This document shows, one piece after another, positions 40,385 to 52,642 of a stretch of 64,000 nucleotides of DNA. This DNA comes from Fimicolochytrium jonesii (lineage: Eukaryota). A program made the translations under genes and the position numbers. Position 1 is the first letter of the stretch, and each line of letters begins with the position of its first letter. The stretch covers positions 62,001-126,000 of the forward strand of contig NW_026515703.1 of assembly GCF_025526975.1 (NCBI RefSeq). Direction: 5' to 3'. The notes under the pieces were generated by a model. It had not been told where the DNA came from, ran no database searches, and worked only from the letters and a program-made list of their open reading frames with translations.

Positions 40385-42378
40385 TTAGAGCAGGCATCCA
40401 GCGACAGAGGCGGTCAACCATGTGGACATGGTTCCGACAATGAGGGCCGAGACGGCGAGCTCCGCAAGGTCCTTTCTCCTGGAAGGGGAGATGGCACCGA
40501 GGGCGGAAACCTGGATACCGATGGAACCGATGTTGGCGAACGAGCAGAGGGCGAACGCCATGAGACGGAAGGTACGGTTGTTGACGTATCCGGCGGCCTT
40601 GAGGTTCTTGAGGGTGAGGAAGGCGTCGAACTCGTTGATGACGACCTTGCGTCCGAGCACCTCACCGGCGATACGGGCCTCATTGCCGTTGACTCCCAGG
40701 AACCACGCAAAGATGAAGAAGGGGTAGGAGAGGATGAAGGAGATGGTGACCCAGGTAGGGTGCAACGGGGGGATGTACTCGGAGCCGTCGGCGGCAGCGG
40801 CCTTGGCGGCGGCGATCTGGATGATGTCCTCGGAACGGTGGACGTCGATCATGTCAAACATCCATCCGACAAGGTCGTTGGCGGCGTTGTAGAGGGAGAT
40901 AATGGCGAGCAGGTTGGCGGCGATCAGGATGCAGAGCTGGGCTCCCGTGGCGGCACCGTTACCGGCGGCGTGCAGGAAGTTGACGGACTTTTCGCCGTGC
41001 TCGGGGACGGCGCACTTGCCCTTGGTGAGGGACTCTTCCTGCTCGGGGTATCGCAGCTTGGTCAGGACCAGGGAGGCCGGGATGGACATGATGCAAGCGG
41101 TCAAGATGAGACGGGGGTCTTGAACAATGTCGGCGTACACCATCAGGAGGGATCCGGAGATGGTGGCAAAACCGCAAGTCAAGATGGCGTGGAGCTCAGA
41201 CTTGGTCATGTACTCAACGAAGGGGAGAACCAGAAGGGCGTTCTCCACCTGTCCAACGAAGGGAGAGGCGGCGGCGACGACGGACTCGGCACCGGAAGTG
41301 TCCATCAACCTCATCATGGCGGCTCCAAGGGTGGAGACGAGGTACTGCATACCACCCCAGTAGTAGATGATGGAGATGAAGGAGCAGAAGAAGATGATGG
41401 CGGGGAAGACGGAGACGACGAAGATGTGCGACGTAACGGTGCCGAACAAGAACTCAAGACCAGTGTGGGAGTAGTGGAGGAAGTTGTTGATGAACGTGGC
41501 AAACCACCTGAAGATGGTGGCACCGGTCTCCCACTTCAGCACGAGCAAGGCAAACACGAACTGCAACAGCAAACCGACGGCGACGGTCTGCAAGTTGATA
41601 GCGCGACGGTTGCGAGACAGCGCGACGTTGATTGCCAGAAGGAAAATGATACCAGCCCACGACTGGACACGCTCGGCACGGGTGGACTCTTCGCTGGAGG
41701 TGAACAACGCCGTCAACAAGAGAGCGACAAGGGTGGCGATCAAAACTCCTCCGAAAACGATGTTGTGACCAAAGTGCATCAGGCGTCCGAAGGTGTTGTT
41801 CCACGCGTTACCGGCGGGCCTCCAGAAGAGTTGTGTAGCGGAAACGTGACGAGCGAGGACACGGAGAGTGACAAAGACCCAGCAGACGGTCCAGAACTCG
41901 AAACCGTCCTTCTTGGCACCGCCGTCGTCTTTGCCGAGCACCCAGAGAGCAATAGTATAAGCCGTGAGGCACAACCATAGACCGATTTCGATTCCAGCGA
42001 CCTTTGCGGAGCGCTTGCCGAACATGGGCTTTTGGGCCTCGACGTTGGCAGCCTGTTCGTCGCCAGCGACGTGGGGCTTCTCAGCGTAGTGGACCTCCAT
42101 GACCTTCTCTGAGGGGTCGATCTTCTCGCTGATGTTGTCCTGAGGATGAAAGAAGAAAAACAATTGGCATCGGACACATTGATTTTTCCCCCAAATCTGC
42201 CCCTTCCTCCGGCTCACTTTGCCGCATCCCCCGAAAAACAGGGCTGAGTACTTACAGCGACGGTGTCGTGCGACACATGGACGGGAGACTCGCTCCTGTA
42301 TGCGGGAGACTCGCTCCTGTAGACGGGGGCAGCAGCGACGGGAGACTCGCTCCTGTTAATTGGCACGGATGTAGCCAT
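40385..42378 (-). CDS. Concentrative nucleoside transporter (CNT/SLC28 family; 2 exons)
   Basis: GAESVVAAASPFVGQVE, MTKSELHAILTCGFATISGS, NFLHAAGNGA, KVVINEFDAF, FALCSFANIGSIGIQV; many TM segments. Confidence 0.93.
42283..42357 (-). repeat. Three near-identical ~17-20 nt repeats encoding RSESP in the CNT N-terminus
   Basis: gggagactcgctcctgt occurs 3 times. Confidence 0.85.
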
Positions 42379-44020
42379 GGTTGCTGGAGGGAATATAGGG
42401 GGATGTGGTAGACTTGGGTTGGGCTGGAACGGCACAAGAGGAAGGGAAAGCTGGGGGGGCCCGCGAGAGCAGAAGCCTTTTTTATCCCGAGCGCGCCGAT
42501 TAACGGCATACGATTCCGCGGCGTGACGAGAAAGAAAAGCGCCAGGGCTTTTGCGCACCAGATATCCCGCCCCGTATCACGGCCGCCTTGTGGGGTGCCT
42601 TGTGACAGGGTGCCATCTGCCTGTAATTCCGTACGAATACAAACACCACCAACACCGTCGACACCTCGCATTCGGCATTGCACCTGCAAGACACCGTGGA
42701 AGCCGTGGCTGCCTGATGACTGACTGCTGACTTTCCGCCCGCACCCCATGGCCGATGGCTGCTGTCCCACCCGACCCCACAAGTGTTTTCACCGCCCCCC
42801 CCCCCCCCCCCCCTCCCTCTGATCATTTGTGTATTGTAGCGCCTCACATTGCCGATTTTAGGCGCCGTTGTGGCAGCAAGCATTCTGGCCCTCTGGTCTC
42901 TTTCCCCAACAGCGCAAAAAATTTCAGACATTTCCCGCACATTGGCAAGGCACTACCGCACAGGGAGAGACGCCTCAAAGAGGGCTTACCCGCGTCCCGG
43001 CGCCCCCACCGCGGCCGTCATTTGATCTTACATGTGCTACCCAGATCGTGGATCCATTCACGCTGCAGCCAATCAGCGTTTATCATAATCTTTAATTGAT
43101 CCCGTCTCCGTTCTCTTCCGACAAAAACGAAAATTGACAGCAGCAATAAGATTTCTTTTAGCTTGCGGCACGAAAAACCACGCGAGAAAGCTGGAAAGAA
43201 GCGATCTAGGTATGAAGTCACAAATCTAAACGGAACATCGCTTGGATCCCATACGAGACCGCGAGGTTGGGAAGTTCCACACTGTGAGGAACGGTGAGCC
43301 AGCTGTGAAGTCAAAGGTGCACTGGTTTCAAACACCGCAAAGCAGTATGTAACAGTGCAGCGAGTTTCCCCTCTATCTGCTGTCATTCCCGTCGAGCTTT
43401 CGGTGAACAGCCGAGTGTAGGGTCCTCACATGCCCTGTGCAACTTCTTCCCCCTATCTCCGTCGATCCAGATCTGGAACGGTCTGCCCTTGTACAACAAG
43501 CATGTTCAAAAAGTAATCTGCGCTGCGCTGCCTGCGCATCCGACGCTGAGCTGGCACCACCGTGACTGTCGACTCTCCGAGGACTCGAGCTTGATTGAAT
43601 TCAGCCTCGCTCTGGGCCTCGAACGAATTGGTCTTATCTGGAGAGTCACGGAATCACGGATGTGTATGAACGTCCTCCTTGTACCCAAGATCTCCCGCTT
43701 ATCGGCCTGGGTGGGCCGCCTGGAAAGTACTGTACGCCCGTTGTCTCCGGCTTGCGCAAATTAAAATGGGGCGGGCTGAAAGCGTCGAGGGTCTGCAGCT
43801 CATTTGCCCACAGCATTTGTCTCATTCATTCATCGACAGAGAAACTCTTCACACGTTACCAAGTCAGAGTGGATATACTGTACAACGGCTCTATGTAAGT
43901 TTGGATAGCGAGGGTATATACAAATTCTACGTGGGTTTTCTAGGTATGTGTTTTTATCCTCTATGTAAGGAGACGAATGAAGAACAAGATTCCCCAGTGC
44001 ACGACAGGCCCAACCACTCC

Positions 44021-44914
44021 TCAAACATTAACACCATGCAGCGAGCACGCCTTCGGGAACGATCCCACCGGCGCCTTCACCGGCTCCCGTCCCCTATCAT
44101 TCCCAACAAACTTCGCACACGTCTCCTTCACCTGCCTCGTAGCGGCCCCAAGCACCGTCGCCACATCCCCATAGTTGACATTAATCCCAATCAGATCCTT
44201 GCCCCTGATCGCAACCACGTCCTTCATCGTCACCACCCGCCGGCCCTGCCGCTTACAGTTCCCGCACGACCGGTACAGTTTCCCGAAATCGGTGGCGCTG
44301 AACTTCTCGATCCAGACCTCGCCGAGCCCGTTGTGCTGGATGATCTTGTCCTCGGCCGCGCGGGCGCCGCCGCCGTACACGAGCGCGTTGCCGTCGCCCT
44401 TGAGCGTCAGCGCGTCCTCGCAGACGTCTTCCCACCACACGTTGATGATCCGGCAGGCGCCCAGGCAGTGCACGCCCTCGGCTTGGTTGGCGCCGATGAC
44501 GGCGTTGCGGAGCGTCGCGCCGTCCTCGAGGATAAACACCGCCGCCGTGTCGGTGCCTTCGACTTGGCCCGTGCAGCGCGTCCCGCGGTCGAAGCGCATC
44601 AGCCGGCCGTCGTAGTCCTGCCCTCTACCGATCCGCCGCGGCGTTTGTTTGAAGACCACCGACCGTCTGGGGACGGGGAACGTCGGCGGTTTGTGGTGCC
44701 CGCGCCCGGTCCCGTGCCCGCCGCCCTTCTTGCGGGCTGCTGCTGCGGGGCTGCGCGCGGAGACTTGGACGAGGTCGACGGGCCGCGAGAGGCGGTAGTC
44801 GGCGTCCATGGCGGCCTGCGCGACGGTTGTGACGGCCAGGTCGACTTTGAAGGCCGCCACGGCCGAGCTGCATGCTGCTAGCGCGATGACAAGGAGGGAG
44901 GGCCAGGTGGGCAT
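44021..44914 (-). CDS. Secreted pectate lyase, polysaccharide lyase family 3 (intronless)
   Basis: Signal peptide; AVFILEDGATLRNAVIG, EGVHCLGAC, NVWWEDVCEDALT, DKIIQHNG, FGKLYRSCGNC, GINVNYGD. Confidence 0.93.
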   Translation of the reverse strand: MPTWPSLLVIALAACSSAVAAFKVDLAVTTVAQAAMDADYRLSRPVDLVQVSARSPAAAARKKGGGHGTGRGHHKPPTFPVPRRSVVFKQTPRRIGRGQDYDGRLMRFDRGTRCTGQVEGTDTAAVFILEDGATLRNAVIGANQAEGVHCLGACRIINVWWEDVCEDALTLKGDGNALVYGGGARAAEDKIIQHNGLGEVWIEKFSATDFGKLYRSCGNCKRQGRRVVTMKDVVAIRGKDLIGINVNYGDVATVLGAATRQVKETCAKFVGNDRGREPVKAPVGSFPKACSLHGVNV

Positions 44915-46734
44915 TTTGAGATGTCGTCACTGTGCTGCAGGGGGGGTAAGAAGGAAGGACCAGTTCTGCAGACAATCCACAATGGGTGGGAGAAATTGGG
45001 GAGGTCAGGGAAACCCTGCCAATGGCGGCCGCGGTTTATATGTTATGCCCAGCCAGCCGTTGACGTGGCGTGCGAGAATAACTTCATGCATTGTCGGCAG
45101 GCGAGCGTTCCTCACCTCACCTTGAACGGATGTCGGGATGGGGGGATACGCCGTAAGCGCACACCCAACGCTTCGCCGTTCCCGAAAAAACCTGCGTCCG
45201 AACCAACGACAGGCATTGCAAACGTCCGCCTAACGCCAACTCTAAAATCCTCTCGACGCGTGGTGATTGGCTCCCCCCTTTTTGGCGCGTTTTTTTGACG
45301 CTAGACTTTCTTTGACGGCATGCTGTCAGTCTGCAAGCCCTGATATACTGCGGGGAGCAACGCTGTGACACCCCCGAACGCAGGATCCCCAACCGGCTTG
45401 AAGCTGCCCGTTTGCGTGCCAGGACCGGGATGGCCCGCCGCCGCACACCGTAGGTATGTACAGTACGTCTCCAGCTGGCCCTTCCAATGGAGTCACGTCT
45501 CCGGGCGGGGGGGGGGGGGGGGGGTGGGGAGTGGGGAAGTTGTTACTCGAACGTTCTTTGGACAGACGCAACGCAAAACGGGGTTGTCGAATATGTGATT
45601 ACGGGCGCCGGCCCCCCATCCATCCCTCATTCATTGAACTTTCATCGTGGAGGTCCTGTATGTCTGTCTGTACTCGCCGTCCAAAAACCACCGGCCGATC
45701 ATGCTTTCGGGGGTCTGAAAAGGTCGGCATGCTCTCAAAGAGAACGTTGGCACTGCACCCGCTGTATGGCAGGCACGGCGGCGTACGGGACGGTTGCTGA
45801 AGGATTGGGGTAACACGTCTCGGGGAGGGGGGTGTCGTCTTCATAGAACCGTGAACCGGCACGGATCACAACGCATCAAGCCATGGTGAGTGGGGAGGGG
45901 TTGCCCCACCATTGGAATCGCCGACTCGCCTTTCCTTCTAATCGTAGACCCCACCCTCATCCATCCCCCCGTTCACAAACCCACCCTCATCAACCACCAC
46001 CGTCTTCATTGAATTTTTGTGTTTGTTATTGTTAATACCAACAGTAGAAGCGTATAAATAAAACAAAGGGGGGTCATGACAAGACATGTCAGAAACCGTT
46101 AACGAAAGAAGAGAAACTAAACTAATTTTTTTTGGGGGTTTTTTAGTAGGTAGGTAGAGGGGTCTCGATGAACAGACGAGGGAATCGAGCGGGCGCTGGC
46201 CGAATGAAAAGATAAGCTGAACTGAACTGAACTGACGTAAGAGCGGTGGCAGGGTCTAAGCTCGGCCGATCGGGGTGGACTTGAGAGGGGGGGTGTCCCT
46301 TTTTTTGTGTGTGTGTATTTTGTTTTGCGAAAGGGGCGACAAGACGAAAATACGAAACAAAAACCACAGACGGGGTTCCCTAGACATCAAGGTGCGTTCC
46401 AACAGAGGGAGGTAATCAAACCAACCCTGTTGTCACGACCTGCACTGCGGGAGGAGGCCCTGCGCGGCATCCTGGCCCCCCGGGGGGGCTAAGGCCCGGA
46501 CGTGGTCTTGCCGATAACGCTTCCTCCGTTCCTTGGTTTATTCGGTTGTACGAGTTGTCCGAATGATGGGGGGTTTGGTTGGGAGGAGGTTGGTCGATAA
46601 GACGCCTCTTTGGCTAGAAACGGGGTTCTAGTTTGGTTTCCGTCCTTGCGGGTTTCCGTTGAAGGAAGTCCCCGTCGAAAGTCGGTTGGGTTGTTGAAAG
46701 TAGTAGATAGGTTTAACGATGAATGTCTGGCATT

Positions 46735-47913
46735 TCACATGTCGACATTACATCCCTTGCTAACTATGTGCCGCTTAAGCGCATCCACCCTTGAGTACCG
46801 CTTCCCACAGTCATTGCACACGAACCGCTTCTCCTGGGCGTGCGTGACGAGGTGGCGAGCGAGGTCATGGTGCTTGAAGAACTTGCGGGGGCAGGTTGGA
46901 CAGTCGTAGGCGCGGGCGCGGTTGGGGTCGTGGATCTCGACGTGGGATTGGAGATTGAAGCGGCGGGAGAATTGGCGGTTGCAGCCGGGGTGCGGGCAGG
47001 TGTGGATTGCGGGTTGGGCGGGGTTGGTCGTGCGACGGGCGGTAGTTGGTTTGCTTGGTTTTGTAAGTTCCGGGTTTGGTACAGCTTCGGCGACGGGGTG
47101 GTGGTCAAAGTCGTCGTGGACGGGACTGACGGGGGTGAAGGCTTCGAAGGTGTCGAGCGACGGGAAGGCGTCGAGAGGAGAAAGGTCGAGAGCGGGGGAC
47201 TGGGTGACAGCGGTTGTCTTGCTGTTTTCGGCAGCAGCGGCAAGGAGAGCGGTTAGCTGTCCGATGGAAAGGGTGATGTTGGTCTCTGCAAGAGGATCAA
47301 CAGTGTCAAAGGACTGAGCGGAAGGAGCTGGGGCCGGAGAGGGACCGACGTCGAAGGCGCCAAAGTTTTCAAGGTCGGGGAAGAGGGCGCCTTGGTTGCC
47401 GAGGGAGGCAGTGTTGTCAAAGAGTGGGTAGTCGCCGAAAAGCTCTTCGAGAGAGACTTCAGGGGAAGCAGCGTTCGCGAAAGTGTTCTTGGAAGTGTCA
47501 AAGTGGAGGAGATCGCTCAAGAGCGGGTCGTCGTAATCTCCGAGGAAGGGAGACTGGTCGGGTAACGGGGAGGTGAGATCGTATGCGAAAGAATCGAGCG
47601 GTGTTTGAGCCGGAGTAGGATAAACGTAAGGAGGCGGAGCGAGTACAGCAGACAGCGAGTTATCGAAGAATTGGTGCTGTTGATGTTGTTCGTTGTTGTA
47701 GATCAGGGAATCCTTTACTGGATCGTGCGCGGGGCCTTGGAGGCCGAAGGGCGCTTGGGGATCATAGTGTAGGAAGCCATCGTTGATATATTCAGTAGGT
47801 GGGGTTAAGTCGGTAGAGTTAAACAAAAGGTCGGTAGTCGATTGGGGTTGAGCGCCGTAAGTAGGAGCACAAGCAAACGAGTCAGAGGTAAAGTCGATAG
47901 GCGAAAAGTTCAT
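46735..47913 (-). CDS. C2H2 zinc-finger transcription factor (acidic N-terminus, three C-terminal fingers; intronless)
   Basis: First AUG gives MNFSPIDF. Fingers: CPHPGC...HVEIH, CPTC...HLVTH, CNDC...RVDALKRHIVSKGC (third finger ends in Cys). Confidence 0.88.
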   Translation of the reverse strand: MNFSPIDFTSDSFACAPTYGAQPQSTTDLLFNSTDLTPPTEYINDGFLHYDPQAPFGLQGPAHDPVKDSLIYNNEQHQQHQFFDNSLSAVLAPPPYVYPTPAQTPLDSFAYDLTSPLPDQSPFLGDYDDPLLSDLLHFDTSKNTFANAASPEVSLEELFGDYPLFDNTASLGNQGALFPDLENFGAFDVGPSPAPAPSAQSFDTVDPLAETNITLSIGQLTALLAAAAENSKTTAVTQSPALDLSPLDAFPSLDTFEAFTPVSPVHDDFDHHPVAEAVPNPELTKPSKPTTARRTTNPAQPAIHTCPHPGCNRQFSRRFNLQSHVEIHDPNRARAYDCPTCPRKFFKHHDLARHLVTHAQEKRFVCNDCGKRYSRVDALKRHIVSKGCNVDM

Positions 47914-49631
47914 AACAGAGTTGGAGGTGGAATAGGGGGATGTGAAGTGTGACGACACGACGGAGAGGGGTGGGTGGGTTGATGTCGGACTGATTGAGGT
48001 AGTCGTCAAGGTGACAAGTGCACTGGGTTTCAGAGCAGTTGGTGGTGGTTGTTGTTGAAGTAGCGAGATGGTGCTAGCGGGGGAGCTCAAAAGAGAGGGT
48101 CGTCCGAGAAGAATCCGTTGCGGAGGTGTTGGTTTGGTGTTGTTGAAGCGGTTGCTGGACGTAACTGTCACGTTTCGACGGCGGGAGTCGAATACCTCGT
48201 TGAGGGAGGGGGTAGCTGAATCGGCAGCTACGGGGGAGTGGTGCTGTTGTTACCTTGCGATTCCTTCTGCTTGTAGCGCGCCCTGAGCCTGTAGGAGCGA
48301 GCTGCGAGAGCAAAGGGAGGGGAAGATGGAAGCAGGCCGACGATGGGCAACTGCAGTTAGGCAAGTTTGGGGGGTAGCGAGAAAAAAGGCCGGCGGGGGC
48401 TAGAGGCGGCGAGTCTGGGGGTTATGAAGGGGGGGGAGGTCGCTGTCCTCAACGCCCCCAGCAGCCGGCCGGCCTCGGAGTTGCCACTCCCACGTCCCTT
48501 TTTTTTCTCGTCTCATTCACCGATTCACGCCGAGCCGCCTTCTCGCTGTTGTTCCCATTGCGACGACCCCCCCCCCCCCCCAATCAACTGGCACTAATAC
48601 CTCATCGACGCAGAAAGTCATGGGATGGCTGGCATGCCCATACCACCGTCCGGATTCCCCCCACGATACCCCATGGACTGGACCGTGAAATGTCGATTTA
48701 GAGACGGAGCGAAATGTTGTCGGTTTGCATTAGCGACTCCAATCACACGTCTGTTGATGAGTGGGAAGCCTGTTAAACACGTGGCACACATGATTCATTG
48801 GTTTCCGATGGCTCACATCCTTGGCCTTTTGCTCCTTCGGTTCCCGGTAACGCCCATACCGCAGAGAGAGGCTTCACCGCCGGGACAATGGGGACTCATT
48901 GGGGGAGTTGGTGCGCTAGAGTTGGGCTTGCTTGTCCACATTTCTTGCCACCCCCCGCCCGATATTATCTTTGTTCTCTCAGCGCGACGTAATACAGAAG
49001 CGCAATGCAATATGAGGGCTCCGACTCACTCCGAGGGTGTTGGGCGGGCGCAAAGAGGGCGTGTGCCGATCACTCTCCGATTGCTCACATCGCGATTACA
49101 AATAGTGCCCTGAGATGGATGGAGTTCACAGCCCCCAATGGAACTTGCCACGGAGTTTATTGACACTGTCACATGACTGCGTGTGAGCGGACGCGTTGCA
49201 TTTTAATGGTTCCCGTTGTTCTGATGTGCGTGTGTGTCATCGCGCTCTCTCCGCCTTTCCTTCTCGCAATGGACGCAGCAAGCAAAGGCCGCCCGCTCCC
49301 CTCGTTGGCATTGGCGACGCTCCCCACACATCTATAGTCCCCCACTCGCACAGCTGCTGAGACAAAAGTCCCACAGGTAGTACTCGCCCGCCCTTACGTA
49401 TCTTGCCGCTAGTCAGTCCGCTCTGCTCACTTGGTCCGCTGTTCTTTTCAGTCCGACTCCCGAAATTCGACGCTCCAGCTGCTGCTGCGCTTTTTCCCAT
49501 TTTCCCACGGGCATCTGATTGACTCTAGCGATAAGCTTCTTCGCTCGCAGAAAGCACTCGAAGGCCTTTTCTCCGTCGACGTTGCTGTCACTGTCGATAG
49601 TCCGGCCCGCTTTGTTCAGTAATCTGCGGAG

Positions 49632-51882
49632 ATGCCGCCCATTTCGACTGTGCTGGTGCAGGATGAGGCCTCGTTTCCGCAGGACAGACTGGTCCCAAAT
49701 GTCAGCGACGTGCGCCGGAACGTCCGGACCCTAAAGTCCCTCGTCACTACTACCACTCTGAGCGACAGCAGCACAACACTCAACTCGAAGCAGCTTCCGC
49801 CTACTCCATCACCAACCCCACCACGCTCGCCACGCGCACCGCCAAGGTCTTCTTCCAACGCTGGCAACCCAACCCTGGAAATAACCCCCGAGACTCCCGT
49901 CGCAACAGCACAGCCAGCGCCAACACCCACACCGACAAGCGAAGCATGTCTCCCAACATACGATCAATACGGCTTTGAGCGATCCTTCACCCACACCTCC
50001 CTCAAAAACCAACTCGCCTACGACTCCCACTACAACGCCCTCTGCGAGAAACGCGCCGCAAAATGGGTCCACTGGCTCTCAAAATACAACGGAGGCGCCG
50101 CGCACTCCCACAACCTGATGATGTACGGCAGGAGGGCCAATGCATCGAACGTATCCCTTTCTGCTGCGGCGGCTGCTGCGAACGAGTTGATGTTTCCGCC
50201 GCCGTCGGAGAAGGTCAAGCGGTACCTGAGAAAGGGTGTACCACATCATCTGAGGAAACACGTGTGGTTTCATTATAGTGGGGCTGAGGCGCTGTGGAAG
50301 GAGGAAATGGGGCTGTATATGCTGTTGACGTGTAGGGAGGAGCAGGATGTGAGGAATGGCGCGACAAGGGAGGAGAACGAGGTTATGGGCGATATTGTGG
50401 TTATCGACAGAGGTACGTTGCGGTCTCTTTTTATGAATTGGCGAGAGACCTGGGGGATACCGCAGAACGAGAAATTCACTGCTAACTTTTCCTTCTTTCT
50501 CAGACGTGTACAGAACATTCCCCGACAACCTAAAATTTCAACCCCGCCCATCCACCCCCCCATCCCCCTCCCACCCACACCCCACAATAACAACCGAACA
50601 GAACCCCTTCCTCCTCTCCCTCCGCCGCATCCTCGTCGCCTTTGCCTACTACTCCCGCCCGCAACCCAACTCAACCCTCTCGCGTACCCAAAACCTCCGC
50701 AAACCAAAATACAACATCGGGTACTGCCAATCCCTCAACTTCCTAGCCGGGTTCCTCCTACTGGTGTTTGCGGACGACGATTTCGAGTTTGAGACCGGGC
50801 ACGACGCGGCGAGGTTGAGTGTCGAGGAACGGGTGTTCTGGATGCTGGTCGTCGTGGTCGAGATGCTGATGCCCGAGGAAATGTACGGCGCGACGTTGGA
50901 GGGTGCACGAGCCACGCAGGAGGTGCTGTGGACGCACCTTGTCGGCCGCAATGGACACAAGTACGGGCTGGAGAAGGTCGAGAAGTGGTTAGCCGTCGAG
51001 GAGGCCGCCATGCTTCTCTCGCCAATCACCTACTCCACCGCCTACTCGTCTTCATCCCCCACAACCGCCCGCAACCAACCATTCACGCTCAAAATTCTCC
51101 AAAAACGCCTCCCCGCCAAAAACAAACGCCCCAAACACGCCGAACAACAATCAACCAACCCCCTCCCCCTCTTAACAACCTCCTGGTTCCTCACCCTCTT
51201 CACCACCACCCTCCCCCCGCACTCCCTCCTCCGCCTCTGGGACATGTTCACCTACCAGGGCGTCAAGGTCATCTACCGTTTCAGCATGACACTCCTCAGT
51301 GTGCATCAACGGGAGCTGTTGAAAACCAAGTTGGCCGATTTGACCGCTGTGAGGGTTGTCAAGAGTTTACCTGGGCGGTGTTATGATGTCGGCGTTGTGG
51401 TTGAGATGGTTGGTGGGGCGCAGGGACGGATGGGTGGCGCTCTAAGGTGGGGAAAAAAGGGCACGAAACCGAGGTTGGATGCGATCAACACGTACCTGTC
51501 ACCCAATGTGAATCCGACATCTATGTCGGCGACGTCGCCACACCCCTCGGCCCTCCTCACACCCATTGAGATGGACCTAACCCTCGACACCGACGTGGAA
51601 CAGGAGCAGGATCACTCCGACGCTGATCTCTCCTTCCCCGCTAAACATCATCAGCGGCCTCCGAGAACACAACAGGCGATGACGGTGTTATCCGATGACG
51701 ACGATGACGATAGGGCAGCGAGGGTGGGGAGTGGTGGTGGGAGTGCGAGGGGGTTGTTTCAAACACCTCCCGTACCGGACGTGAGCAATAAGCTGATTGG
51801 GAAGTATATGGAGGTTGCTGTTGCGGAGATCAGGAGGGGGGAGAAGGGGAGGGGGGATCGGAATGGGAAGGGTGGGGTGTAA
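49632..51882 (+). CDS. Rab-GAP TBC-domain protein (2 exons; intron ~50412-50503)
   Basis: YDQYGF, KVKRYLRKGVPHHLRKHVW, spliced IDRDVYRTFP (R finger), GYCQSLNFLAGFLL (Q finger), WFLTLF...LLRLWD. Confidence 0.9.
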
Positions 51883-52642
51883 GATAGGTAGGGTTGAGGA
51901 TGGTGTGATGAGATGAGAACGGACGTTTTTGTTCTTTCCTTTCTTGGGGGTTTCTTTTTTTTGGGGTGGCGTATGAGGACGTTCGAGTGGGATGGACATG
52001 CGGGAAAACAACACACTCACACCGCAGATGTACAGATAGATGGGCGTGAGTGAACGTTCGAGTTGCTTGTACATATTCAACAAAATAGGACTGCTTTTTG
52101 GGAACGCAGATCTATTCACACCCTGGCACCCATCTCGCTTTACATCCCATGTCGACACGCTGTGCCGTGAAGTTGAGGGAGTAACAACAAAACGCAATAC
52201 TCCCCTACCCGCGGTGTATCCATATTGATAGCTTAGTGTACCGCCGCTATAGTCGTTCCTGGCACCGTTCACCGCTTCATTTTTCGCTCTGAAATCGTGC
52301 GAGTCTTCTTTAGGGCGCTGGCACAAGGGTGGGGGTATCGCCCGTGAACAATCAGTTTATTCTGCCCACCGTCTGGCATCACCTCACACTTCCTCCCTCT
52401 ATTTTCTCGAAAAGGCGCCAGGGTGGTCAAACATTTCCGGTGCTGAATTTATTTGTGGGTGTGGGTTCGGGGCTACGCGGGGGCCTGCTCACCTCCAGTT
52501 TGAATTTCCTTGCTTGGACACTACACCACGCTGCTCCCATCCCCTCGCACTCAGACGTACTCCAATCTCATCACCACCCTCCTCGAAACACCAGCATCGC
52601 CCTCATCGAACCCCTTAGCACCCCCCGCCCCTCATCCCAAAG

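Noticed and set aside
40289..41980. 563-aa plus-strand ORF rich in G/D/E/V
   Set aside because: It is the antisense shadow of the CNT gene; strong C-ending codon bias removes stops on the opposite strand, and it has no motifs.
43679..44881. 400-aa plus-strand ORF
   Set aside because: It is antisense to the GC-rich pectate lyase, with Arg/Pro/His-rich composition typical of shadow ORFs.
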